In this document: positions 46,593 to 54,934 of the stretch, in pieces | Numbering within the stretch: position 1 is the first letter of the stretch | Layout of the letters: each line of letters begins with the position of its first letter | NCBI GenBank assembly: GCA_052272205.1 | Contig: DAVZKO010000001.1 | Span: forward strand, 33,262-97,261 | DNA: 64,000 nt | Origin: Schaedlerella sp. | GTDB taxonomy: Bacteria; Bacillota; Clostridia; Lachnospirales; Lachnospiraceae | Direction of reading: 5' to 3' | Notes under the pieces: model-generated | Databases searched by the model: none | Seen by the model: the letters and a program-made list of their open reading frames with translations, nothing else | What the model was told of the DNA's origin: nothing | Position numbers and translations under genes: made by a program

Positions 46593-49217
46593 ATGAAGAA
46601 AAATATAAAAAGTGTGGGAGTACTTCTACTTAGTTCTATTATGTTGATGTCAAGTCCATTAACAGTGCTTGCAGAGGAAAACGAAACTGTACAAACACAA
46701 GAAAATGGTTCTATTGATCAGCCTGAAAATAATGGAGAAAGTGAGTCACAGGCTTCTGAAAATAGTAGTGAAGACAATACAATTAAAGAGGAAAGACAAC
46801 AGGAAATATTAGAGCAGGAGGAGGGGCAAGAAAATATAGCATCAACAACTGTTCAGGATATACAGGAAGAACCGGAGGCTGTTGCAGAAAATGGCGAGCA
46901 GATCCAGTTAAAATATCGTGCATATTTACACGGTGGATTCTGGCAGGAAGAAAAACAAAATGGAGAAATGGCTGGAACGACAGGGCAGAATCGTGCAATG
47001 AGAGCACTGCAGATAAAAATAGACAATCAAACAAATGTGACAGGTGGGGTTGAGTACAGTGCACATGTGCAAAATATTGGCTGGCAGGACGCTGTAAAAG
47101 ATGGAGAAACAGCGGGTATTGAAGAAAAAAATCTTCCGATAGAAGCAATTAGAATGAATCTTACAGGGGATTTAAAAGAACAGTATGATATCTATTATCG
47201 TGTTCATGCTACAAATGTTGGCTGGCTTGGCTGGGCGAAGAATGGTGAAGATGCCGGAACTGCTGGATACGCATATGCTGTACAGGCAATTGAAATTAAA
47301 TTATATAATAAAAATGCAGAGGATAAACCAGTACAGACAGAACGCAGCTTTTTGTCAGAAGAGACACGTGGTTTGTTGATGTATAAGACCCATGTGCAAA
47401 ACATTGGTTGGCAAGATAAAGTTTATGATGGAGAAACAGCAGGAACAACAGGAAGAAACCTGAATTTGGAAGCACTTCAGTTAAAAGTGACAGATGCCGG
47501 AAGAAAAAATATGTCGGGCTCTATTAGTTACGAAGCCCATGTACAGGATATTGGATGGCAGAATGCAGTTTCTGATTGGGGTACAGCAGGAACAACAGGA
47601 AGAAATAAGAAAATAGAAGCGTTAAAAATAAGCCTGACAGGAGAGTTGGCACAAGCATATGATATTTATTATCGTGTTCATTCAGCAGAGTATGGCTGGT
47701 TAGGCTGGGCAAAAAATGGTGAACAGGCAGGCACTATAGGACTTAACCTGGGAGCACAGGCTATTGAAGTAAAATTATATGCAAAAGGTGCAACAGATAA
47801 ACCAGAACAAAGTGGCAGAAGTTATATTTCACAAGATAATTTAGGGGCAATTCTTTATAAAGCCCATGTACAGAATATTGGCTGGCAATCAAATGTGTAT
47901 GATGGAAAAACGGCCGGAACGACAGGAAGAAATTTGAGTGTAGAAGCTCTGAACATTAAAGTTACTGATTGGGGAAGACAAAATGGGCTGAATGGGTCTG
48001 TTATTTATCAAACACACGTACAGGATATTGGCTGGCAGGATGAAGTTGCGGATGGAGAGACTTCCGGAACAACAGGGAAAAATAAAAAAGTTGAGGCCAT
48101 AAAAGTTCGTTTGTCAGGTGAACTGGAAGAAAAATATGATATCTATTATCGTGTTCATAGTGCAAGATTTGGCTGGCTTGGCTGGACGAAAAATGGAGAG
48201 ACAGCTGGAACTGTCGGTTACAATGCGGGAGTAGAGGCTATTGAAATCAAACTTTATGAAAAAAATGATACAAACGTACCTGATACAACAGCAAGAAGCT
48301 ATCTGGCAACAGAAAATATAGGCGAAATTAATTTTACGGCAAATGTTGAAAATTCTGGCTGGCAGACGACAAAAACAAATGGGCAGATTGCAGGAACAAC
48401 AGGAGAAAATAAAGCAATTCAGCAGCTGACGATGAGTACATCTGATTCTACGGGCAAAAATGTATTTAATGGAACAATTGAATATCGCTTGCATGTAAGT
48501 AATGTTGGCTGGATGGATTGGAAAAATAATGGAGAAATAGCTGGAGACGGAAAAAATCAGGCAGAAGCGGTTCAAATTCGTTTAACGGGTGAGTTGGCAC
48601 AATATGCAGATATCTATTACCGCACTCATGTGTCAAATTATGGATGGCTTGGCTGGGCAAAGAATGGTCAGGAAGCCGGAACTACAAAACTTGGAAACAA
48701 ATTGCAGGCTATTCAAGTGAAAATTGTCCCAAAGGGAGCAGCAGCACCGGGAAGTAATAGTAATTATTATATAACGATGACACCACAACAGATGCGTATT
48801 AATAATGGAATCCAAAATGTATATAATCAGGTGGGACGGAATTTGTATAGTTGTTTTATGTGGTGCGTTAATAATATCAAATATCGTACGCTTGGAGATA
48901 ACCCAGGAACTGGTTATACAAATCCACAGTGGTTTGCACTGTACGGATTAGAGCAGCAAATAGGAGATTGTCGTACTTATGCAGCAACTTTTTATCAGTT
49001 AGCAAAGGGACTGGGCTATAATGCAAGATATGTATATGGTTATGTTCCAAGAGCCGGAGGTGGAATGGTTGATCATGCATGGGTAGAAATTGATATCAAT
49101 GGAGTAACCTATGTATATGATACAGATTTTCAATATGAGACGGGTCGTAATGGATATCAGTTCAGATACAGGACTTCCGGTACATGGGTATATACAAATT
49201 ATCACTATGAAAGTTAA
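46593..49217 (+). CDS. secreted protein with 12 ChW repeats and a C-terminal transglutaminase-like cysteine protease domain
   Basis: Signal peptide, an acidic linker and 12 ChW units. The C-terminus GDCRTYAATFYQLAKGLGYNARYVYGYV...DHAWVEIDINGVTYVYDTD shows the Cys-His-Asp transglutaminase-core pattern. Confidence 0.85.
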   Translation: MKKNIKSVGVLLLSSIMLMSSPLTVLAEENETVQTQENGSIDQPENNGESESQASENSSEDNTIKEERQQEILEQEEGQENIASTTVQDIQEEPEAVAENGEQIQLKYRAYLHGGFWQEEKQNGEMAGTTGQNRAMRALQIKIDNQTNVTGGVEYSAHVQNIGWQDAVKDGETAGIEEKNLPIEAIRMNLTGDLKEQYDIYYRVHATNVGWLGWAKNGEDAGTAGYAYAVQAIEIKLYNKNAEDKPVQTERSFLSEETRGLLMYKTHVQNIGWQDKVYDGETAGTTGRNLNLEALQLKVTDAGRKNMSGSISYEAHVQDIGWQNAVSDWGTAGTTGRNKKIEALKISLTGELAQAYDIYYRVHSAEYGWLGWAKNGEQAGTIGLNLGAQAIEVKLYAKGATDKPEQSGRSYISQDNLGAILYKAHVQNIGWQSNVYDGKTAGTTGRNLSVEALNIKVTDWGRQNGLNGSVIYQTHVQDIGWQDEVADGETSGTTGKNKKVEAIKVRLSGELEEKYDIYYRVHSARFGWLGWTKNGETAGTVGYNAGVEAIEIKLYEKNDTNVPDTTARSYLATENIGEINFTANVENSGWQTTKTNGQIAGTTGENKAIQQLTMSTSDSTGKNVFNGTIEYRLHVSNVGWMDWKNNGEIAGDGKNQAEAVQIRLTGELAQYADIYYRTHVSNYGWLGWAKNGQEAGTTKLGNKLQAIQVKIVPKGAAAPGSNSNYYITMTPQQMRINNGIQNVYNQVGRNLYSCFMWCVNNIKYRTLGDNPGTGYTNPQWFALYGLEQQIGDCRTYAATFYQLAKGLGYNARYVYGYVPRAGGGMVDHAWVEIDINGVTYVYDTDFQYETGRNGYQFRYRTSGTWVYTNYHYES
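46905..48737 (+). repeat. coding tandem repeats: 12 ChW units organised as 4 triplets (~470-nt period)
   Basis: The recurrent DNA block TATTATCGTGTTCAT...GGCTGGCTTGGCTGGGC appears near 47195, 47665, 48140 and 48610. Every third unit carries the GWLGWAKNGE variant. Confidence 0.85.
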
Positions 49218-49248
49218 AAAATAGAAGAAAACAGAGGGAAAGATACAA

Positions 49249-50049
49249 ATGAAACGTAAAGTATTAACAATATTTTTAGTAGGAATGTTAGCAATTACAG
49301 CAGTTACAGGATGTGGAAATAAAAATACAACAGATACGAAAAAAGAGACAACTGCTACAACAAAAACAGAAAAAGAAGAATACAAAACAATAGGAGAAGA
49401 GGATAAAGATGCTTATAAAGTAACTCTTAAAAATGAAACAGGTCAGGATATTGTTTCTGTTAGTGTAAAATCTTCTTCAGAGGAAAATTATCCAGATAGT
49501 TTTTTGAAAGAGGCAGATACTTACAAGAAAGACGAGACAAGAGTTTTGTATTATAAACCATCAGAAGATGCTGCTAAGGAAACTGCGACAGAAAGTGGAA
49601 AAGTATTGCCGGTAGAATATACTATACAATTAACATTGGCAGATAAGACAATTGTTGAATTGCATGCATTTCCATTTGATGATATGGAAAAAGGAAAAAT
49701 TAAAATTCAGGATGGTGTGGCTTATCTGACATATGAGAAAGACGGAGCAGAGGTTAGTACATTGGATGCTGAATTGGCTACAAAAGCTCAAAAAGAGCAA
49801 GATGAAAAAGCAAAAGCGGAAGCAGAAGCTGCAGCACAGGCACAGGCAGAGGCCGCAGCACAGGCTCAGGCAGAAGCCGCAGCACAGGCAGAGGCTGCTG
49901 CAGCTCAGGCACAAACGAATCAATCAACATATACAGAATCATCAGATTGGGGTTCACAAAACTATACAGAACCGGCACCAGCGCCAGCACCATCAGCAGG
50001 CACATCATCTTCTGATGATGGCTGCATCGGAGATGGATTGACATATTAA
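49249..50049 (+). CDS. lipoprotein with a C-terminal Ala/Gln/Glu low-complexity repeat
   Basis: Lipobox LAITAVTGC, and a C-terminal AEAEAAAQAQAEAAAQAQAEAAAQAEAAAAQAQ tract. Confidence 0.7.
   Translation: MKRKVLTIFLVGMLAITAVTGCGNKNTTDTKKETTATTKTEKEEYKTIGEEDKDAYKVTLKNETGQDIVSVSVKSSSEENYPDSFLKEADTYKKDETRVLYYKPSEDAAKETATESGKVLPVEYTIQLTLADKTIVELHAFPFDDMEKGKIKIQDGVAYLTYEKDGAEVSTLDAELATKAQKEQDEKAKAEAEAAAQAQAEAAAQAQAEAAAQAEAAAAQAQTNQSTYTESSDWGSQNYTEPAPAPAPSAGTSSSDDGCIGDGLTY
49815..49913 (+). repeat. short in-frame tandem repeat (GCAGCACAGGC(A/T)CAGGCAGA(G/A)GCC-type)
   Basis: Directly visible reiteration that encodes (A-Q-A-E-A-A)n. Confidence 0.8.
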
Positions 50050-50068
50050 TTAAGAGGGGAATGGAAAA

Positions 50069-51595
50069 ATGTCGTTAACATCGAATTTGTTTTTCCTGTT
50101 TACCGCAATGGGACTATGTATTTATTATATAGTCCCAAAGCGTTTACAATGGGTTGTTTTATTAATATGCAGTTATTGTTATTATATGATAATTAGCATA
50201 CCGGCAGTATTTTTTCTACTATTTTCAACTCTTGTGACATATGGGTGTGCTTTATGGATAAAACATATTGATAATATTCAAGTAGAAGAAAAAGTAGATG
50301 TAAAAAAGAAAAAAAGAGTTGTTACTTATGGAATAATCATGGATTTAGGGATGTTAGCATTTCTGAAATATTCCAATTTTTTGATTTTAAATATTAATAC
50401 AATAACAAAAGGTCATATTGGTCTATTGCACTTGATATTACCACTTGGAATTTCTTATTACACATTCCAAACGCTGGGATATTTATTGGATGTATATTGG
50501 GGGAGAACAGAAGCGGAAATAAATTTGGGTAAATATGCATTATTTGTTTCGTTCTTTCCGCAGCTTGTACAAGGGCCAATAGGAAGATACGGAAGGCTTG
50601 CAGAGCAATTGACAAGTTCACATAAATTTGAGTTACATCAGATAAAGTATGGTGTTGAAAGAATTGTATGGGGACTATTCAAAAAGATGATTGTGGCAGA
50701 ATGGGCTTCAGTATATCGGATTGCAATTTTTTCTAATCCAGAACAATATTCAGGAATTGCAGTATTCGGTGTGTTGCTATATACAATAGAGCTGTATGGT
50801 GATTTCGCAGGAGGGATAGATATTGTATTAGGTGTAGCTGCAATGTTTGGAATTCGACTAGATGAAAACTTCCGTCAGCCACTGTTTTCTGTTTCAATTA
50901 GTGACTTTTGGAGAAGATGGCATATATCACTTGGAACATGGATGAAAGATTATGTGTTTTATCCCCTAACTTTGTCAAAAGCAATGTGCAAACTTCAAAA
51001 AAAGGCGAAAGTCAAATGGGGACGAAAAAAAGGAAGATTCGTGACGATTGCTGTTTCAGATTTGATAGTATTTGTACTTGTTGGTTTATGGCATGGCCCA
51101 AGCTGGAACAATATAGGATGGGGATTTTATAATGGAATCATTATTGCAACAAGTGGATTTATGGCAGATACATATAAGGTATGGAAAACAAAATTACATA
51201 TTAAAGATCAAAGCAGGGGATATCATCTGTTTATGATACTCAGGACGTTTATACTGTTTAATCTTGGACAATATTTCGATTGTGTTAGCTCAATTGGTGA
51301 AGCGTTGAAAATGATGAAATATTCTGTTACGAGTTTTCAGCCATCACAATTTTTAATGATATCATCCGGGAAACTCGGAGTGGAATATACACCATATGCA
51401 TTATTAACATTACTTATCGGATGTGTTATTTGGTTTATTGTGAGTGTATTAAAAGAAAAGGGCATAAATATGGAAGAAGTGGCGGTAAAAACACCAATAG
51501 CTTTAGAGTTTTTAATATGTATTCTTTTGCTTATCAGTATTCCACTGTTTAGTCCAATGTCGGTAGCTAGGGGGTTCATCTATGCACAATTTTAA
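50069..51595 (+). CDS. dltB: MBOAT family membrane O-acyltransferase (DltB/AlgI-like)
   Basis: Polytopic protein. The conserved-His block is FWRRWHISLGTWMKDYVFYPL, and FPQLVQGPI lies upstream. Confidence 0.8.
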   Translation: MSLTSNLFFLFTAMGLCIYYIVPKRLQWVVLLICSYCYYMIISIPAVFFLLFSTLVTYGCALWIKHIDNIQVEEKVDVKKKKRVVTYGIIMDLGMLAFLKYSNFLILNINTITKGHIGLLHLILPLGISYYTFQTLGYLLDVYWGRTEAEINLGKYALFVSFFPQLVQGPIGRYGRLAEQLTSSHKFELHQIKYGVERIVWGLFKKMIVAEWASVYRIAIFSNPEQYSGIAVFGVLLYTIELYGDFAGGIDIVLGVAAMFGIRLDENFRQPLFSVSISDFWRRWHISLGTWMKDYVFYPLTLSKAMCKLQKKAKVKWGRKKGRFVTIAVSDLIVFVLVGLWHGPSWNNIGWGFYNGIIIATSGFMADTYKVWKTKLHIKDQSRGYHLFMILRTFILFNLGQYFDCVSSIGEALKMMKYSVTSFQPSQFLMISSGKLGVEYTPYALLTLLIGCVIWFIVSVLKEKGINMEEVAVKTPIALEFLICILLLISIPLFSPMSVARGFIYAQF

Positions 51596-52562
51596 AAAAG
51601 GAATAAAGTTAGTTATATGTCTGCTGATTTGTGCATTGGTGATAAAAGCATTGGATATCCTGTTGTATCCATGCACCTTTGTAAGAAATGATATTCATAC
51701 AGTTACTAATGAGCAGAAAGATGTTGTTATATTAGGAACATCGAATGGAATGTCAGATTTAGATCCGGATAGCATGCTGGAAGGAAGAAAAATGACAGGA
51801 CACAATTTGTGTGTAGGAGGAGAATATCCGGTTGATGCATACTATTTGACAAAACTCGTTATTGAAAAACAACATCCTAAAACAATTATATTTGAATTGT
51901 CTCCGGGATATTTTACGACGGAAAAAGAAAAAGGAAATAATTATTTATTATTTTATCATGAATTCCCAATGTCTATTACAAAAGCAGAATATTATACAGA
52001 TACAATGTTAGATTGTGATTTCCGTTCACCTTTATTTGCATTTCATGAGTATTCATTGCAATATGAGCTTTCTAAAATAAAGGACACTGTTTATCAGAAA
52101 ATGACAAATAATTACGATGTATCATATTTGAGAGGACAAGCACAGGAATATCATGAAAATGGATTTATTGAGAAATATCCGGTGGCGATAGAGAATTTTC
52201 CATCATATTCACCAACTTTGTTTTCAAAGGATGAAGTGAAAGCAACTAATATGGAATATTTGGATAAGTTGATTCGATTATGCAAAGAGAATGATATTGA
52301 GTTTATTGCGACGACAATGCCTTTAGCAGCAACAATGTTAGTTCAAGAAGAGGAAAGTTATCGTGATGCATGGGATTATTTTTCAGAGTATTTTCGTGAA
52401 AAGGGTGTAGAATATTATAACTTCAACAGAGAATATTATAAAAGTTATAATCATGAGCTGGCAAATTATGTAGATTATGATGGGCATATGAATGGTGATA
52501 GTGCTAGGGCATTTTCAAAAGTGTTTGGAGATATTGTATTTGGTGACGAAGCATTAAATTAG
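51582..52562 (+). CDS. membrane-anchored SGNH-like protein, functional analogue of DltD (tentative)
   Basis: N-terminal TM. Candidate block I VVILGTSNG and block V YVDYDGHMNGDSA (Asp/His). It sits between the MBOAT and carrier-protein genes and overlaps the MBOAT gene by 14 nt. Confidence 0.5.
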   Translation: MHNFKKGIKLVICLLICALVIKALDILLYPCTFVRNDIHTVTNEQKDVVILGTSNGMSDLDPDSMLEGRKMTGHNLCVGGEYPVDAYYLTKLVIEKQHPKTIIFELSPGYFTTEKEKGNNYLLFYHEFPMSITKAEYYTDTMLDCDFRSPLFAFHEYSLQYELSKIKDTVYQKMTNNYDVSYLRGQAQEYHENGFIEKYPVAIENFPSYSPTLFSKDEVKATNMEYLDKLIRLCKENDIEFIATTMPLAATMLVQEEESYRDAWDYFSEYFREKGVEYYNFNREYYKSYNHELANYVDYDGHMNGDSARAFSKVFGDIVFGDEALN

Positions 52563-52613
52563 AGAGAAACCTGCAAAATAAAAAGATTAAAAAAGAAGGA
52601 GAAGAAATATTTT

Positions 52614-52838
52614 ATGGAAACATTATTGGAAATTTTAAGTGATTTAGTACCGGGAGTACAGTTTGAAGGAAGAACAGATTTGGTGGAGAGTGGAGATTTG
52701 GATTCACTTAAAATTTTAAATCTGATTTCGGATATCTCAGATGAATTTGATGTGACAATTCCAGTAGGTGAGGTTGTTCCAGAAAATTTTGATTCGCCAG
52801 AGGCAATTATGGCATTGATTAATAGACTTCAGAAATAA
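52614..52838 (+). CDS. dltC: D-alanyl carrier protein-like small acyl carrier protein
   Basis: 74 aa. The phosphopantetheine attachment site is GDLDSLKILNLISDISDEFDVTIP, and overall it resembles DltC. Confidence 0.75.
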   Translation: METLLEILSDLVPGVQFEGRTDLVESGDLDSLKILNLISDISDEFDVTIPVGEVVPENFDSPEAIMALINRLQK

Positions 52839-52852
52839 GGACATAAGTTAAA

Positions 52853-52888
52853 AAAGCGGTGTGGTATAGATTTTTGCCATGCCGCTTT
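52853..52888 (+). terminator. weak terminator-like hairpin after the carrier protein gene
   Basis: AAAGCGGTGTGG / CCATGCCGCTTT (two mismatches) with only a short T-run. Confidence 0.4.
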
Positions 52889-52931
52889 AACATTCTAAAA
52901 GAAAATAGCATTAATAGAAAAATGGCTATAA

Positions 52932-52960
52932 TTGACAGAAAAAGTAAGACGAAGTATACT
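52932..52960 (+). promoter_or_regulatory. sigma-A promoter of the GT2 operon
   Basis: TTGACA (52932-52937), 17-nt spacer, TATACT (52955-52960). Confidence 0.65.
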
Positions 52961-52996
52961 ACTATAGATAAAGAAAATTAGAAGAGGAATCGGAAA

Positions 52997-53797
52997 ATGA
53001 GAGATATGAGTGCGAAGCATACATTTGTAATATGTGCATATAAAGAAAGTGCTTATTTGGAAGAGTGTATTCTTTCGTTAAAACAACAAACTGTAAAATC
53101 AAATATTATCATGATAACATCTACACCGAATGATTATATTCGGGAACTCGCAGAAAAATATGAGATACCATTGAAAGTGAATGAAGGAGAGGGAGGAATC
53201 GTTCAAGACTGGAATTTTGGATATGCACAATGTAGAACACCGTATATAACAATCGCTCATCAAGACGATGTATATTTTTCAGAGTATGCGGAGCATGCTG
53301 TGAATATGTTAGAATCTGCAAAAAAACCATTGATTTATTTTTCGGATTACTGTGAAATTAGAAATGGGGAAAAGGTTGAAAATAATCAACTGTTAAAAGT
53401 AAAGAGGATGTTATTGTTACCTCTAAAATTAAAGAAATTTCAAACTAGCCGTTTTATTAGAAGACGCAGTTTAGCATTTGGATGTGGAATTTGTTGTCCA
53501 TCTGTTACATTTGCAGTGGAGAATCTGCCTAATCCTGTTTTTACAGTGCACTTCCGTTCATGCGAAGATTGGGAAGCATGGGAAAGACTTTCAAAATTAA
53601 AAGGTACGTTTGCTTATGATGCAACAATTCAAATGGGACATCGTATTCATGAAGAGTCAGAAACATCAATTATCATAGGAGATAATGCAAGAAGCACGGA
53701 AGATTATGAGATGTATTGTAGATTTTGGCCAAAATGGATTGCAAAGATATTGATAAAGTTATATTCAAAAAGCCAGCAATCAAATAATATAGACTAA
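52997..53797 (+). CDS. family 2 glycosyltransferase
   Basis: N-terminal FVICAYKESAYLEECILSLKQQT and an acidic IAHQDDVY motif. Confidence 0.75.
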   Translation: MRDMSAKHTFVICAYKESAYLEECILSLKQQTVKSNIIMITSTPNDYIRELAEKYEIPLKVNEGEGGIVQDWNFGYAQCRTPYITIAHQDDVYFSEYAEHAVNMLESAKKPLIYFSDYCEIRNGEKVENNQLLKVKRMLLLPLKLKKFQTSRFIRRRSLAFGCGICCPSVTFAVENLPNPVFTVHFRSCEDWEAWERLSKLKGTFAYDATIQMGHRIHEESETSIIIGDNARSTEDYEMYCRFWPKWIAKILIKLYSKSQQSNNID

Positions 53798-53806
53798 GGA
53801 GTATAT

Positions 53807-54496
53807 ATGAAAAAGCTAATTATTATACCGGCATATAATGAGAGTGCAAATATTGAAAAAACAATTAAAATGATTCAGGAAAATGCTCCGGAATTTGATT
53901 ATGTAATTATAAATGATTGTTCTACGGATGATACTAAAAAAATTTGTGAAAAGAATGGTTATAATTATATAGACTTACCAATTAATCTAGGAATTGGCGG
54001 GGCCGTGCAAACAGGCTATCGATATGGTTATGAAGAAGATTATGATATGGCTGTGCAGGTGGACGGAGATGGTCAGCATGACCCAAAGTTTTTGGCAACA
54101 ATGGCAGATTATCTTGAAGAACATGGATTAGATATGGTAATTGGTTCTCGTTTTATTAATAAAGAAGGATTTCAGTCATCCGGAGCAAGAAGAATGGGTA
54201 TCAAATATTTTACAGTGCTTATTCAGTTGTTGACCGGAAAGAAAATTACAGATCCAACATCAGGATTGAGGATGGTTAATCGCGACGTTATGAAAATATT
54301 TGCATATGATTACCCGAAAGATTATCCGGAACCTGAGAGTGTGGTTGCAATTTTGAGACAGAAAAAGAATGTTGAAGAAATTCCTGTTATTATGAAAGCT
54401 CGTGAAGGAGGAGTTTCCTCCATATCGCCGAAAAAGTCAGTTTATTATATGATAAAGGTGACCTTAGCAATTTTAATTGAGCGAATTAGAAAGTAA
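53807..54496 (+). CDS. GT2 polyprenol-phosphate glycosyltransferase (GtrB/CsbB/GacI-like, soluble-length form)
   Basis: IIIPAYNESANIEKTI, INDCSTDDT, VQVDGDGQHDP and GSRF. 229 aa without C-terminal TM helices. Confidence 0.8.
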   Translation: MKKLIIIPAYNESANIEKTIKMIQENAPEFDYVIINDCSTDDTKKICEKNGYNYIDLPINLGIGGAVQTGYRYGYEEDYDMAVQVDGDGQHDPKFLATMADYLEEHGLDMVIGSRFINKEGFQSSGARRMGIKYFTVLIQLLTGKKITDPTSGLRMVNRDVMKIFAYDYPKDYPEPESVVAILRQKKNVEEIPVIMKAREGGVSSISPKKSVYYMIKVTLAILIERIRK

Positions 54497-54504
54497 GAGG
54501 TGAG

Positions 54505-54855
54505 ATGATGAATATTCGAATTCAGGTAATTGTTGCAATCGTGATTGTGCTGGCATTGTGTGTGATTATAAATATGATCAGAAAAAAAGCACTTGAGTTA
54601 AGATATGCACTTGCATGGCTTTTGGTAGGATTTGGTACGTTGATTTTAGATTTATTCCCAGGCGTAATGATGGGACTTGCAAAATTTATGGGAATAGAAG
54701 TTCCGAGTAACATGTTGTTCTTCTTAGGATTTTGCTTTGCGCTGATTATTATTTTCGTGTTGACAATAGCAGTTTCAAGAATGTCAATCCGAATTAAAAA
54801 TTTAACTCAGGAGATGGCATTGTACGAGAAGAGAATGAAAGACAATGAGGGGTAA
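54505..54855 (+). CDS. small membrane protein of the DUF2304 type (GacJ-like partner of the GT2)
   Basis: 116 aa with about four hydrophobic helices, immediately downstream of the GtrB-like GT2. This is the recurrent GT2-DUF2304 pairing. Confidence 0.6.
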   Translation: MMNIRIQVIVAIVIVLALCVIINMIRKKALELRYALAWLLVGFGTLILDLFPGVMMGLAKFMGIEVPSNMLFFLGFCFALIIIFVLTIAVSRMSIRIKNLTQEMALYEKRMKDNEG

Positions 54856-54856
54856 C

Positions 54857-54885
54857 TTGTCAAATATAGAAAAAGGTGTTATACT
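54857..54885 (+). promoter_or_regulatory. candidate sigma-A promoter for the ABC-transporter operon
   Basis: TTGTCA (54857-54862), 17-nt spacer, TATACT (54880-54885). Confidence 0.45.
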
Positions 54886-54925
54886 GCAAATGGTTGTTAT
54901 GTATGTGATATAACGCCTTTTTTCT
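54872..54925 (+). terminator. terminator-like hairpin overlapping that promoter
   Basis: AAAGGTGTTATA (54872-54883) pairs with TATAACGCCTTT (54909-54920; one G-U pair), with a 25-nt loop and then TTTTTTC. Confidence 0.4.
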
Positions 54926-54934
54926 TGTATAAAA

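Noticed and set aside
48114-48575. 153-aa minus-strand ORF inside the ChW repeat gene. Similar cases: 46783-47148, 48999-49385, 43580-44008 (plus strand, opposite the flippase), 26022-26459, 37446-37832 and 5732-6094.
   Set aside because: All lie antisense or out of frame within confidently assigned genes. They lack RBSs and have implausible compositions.
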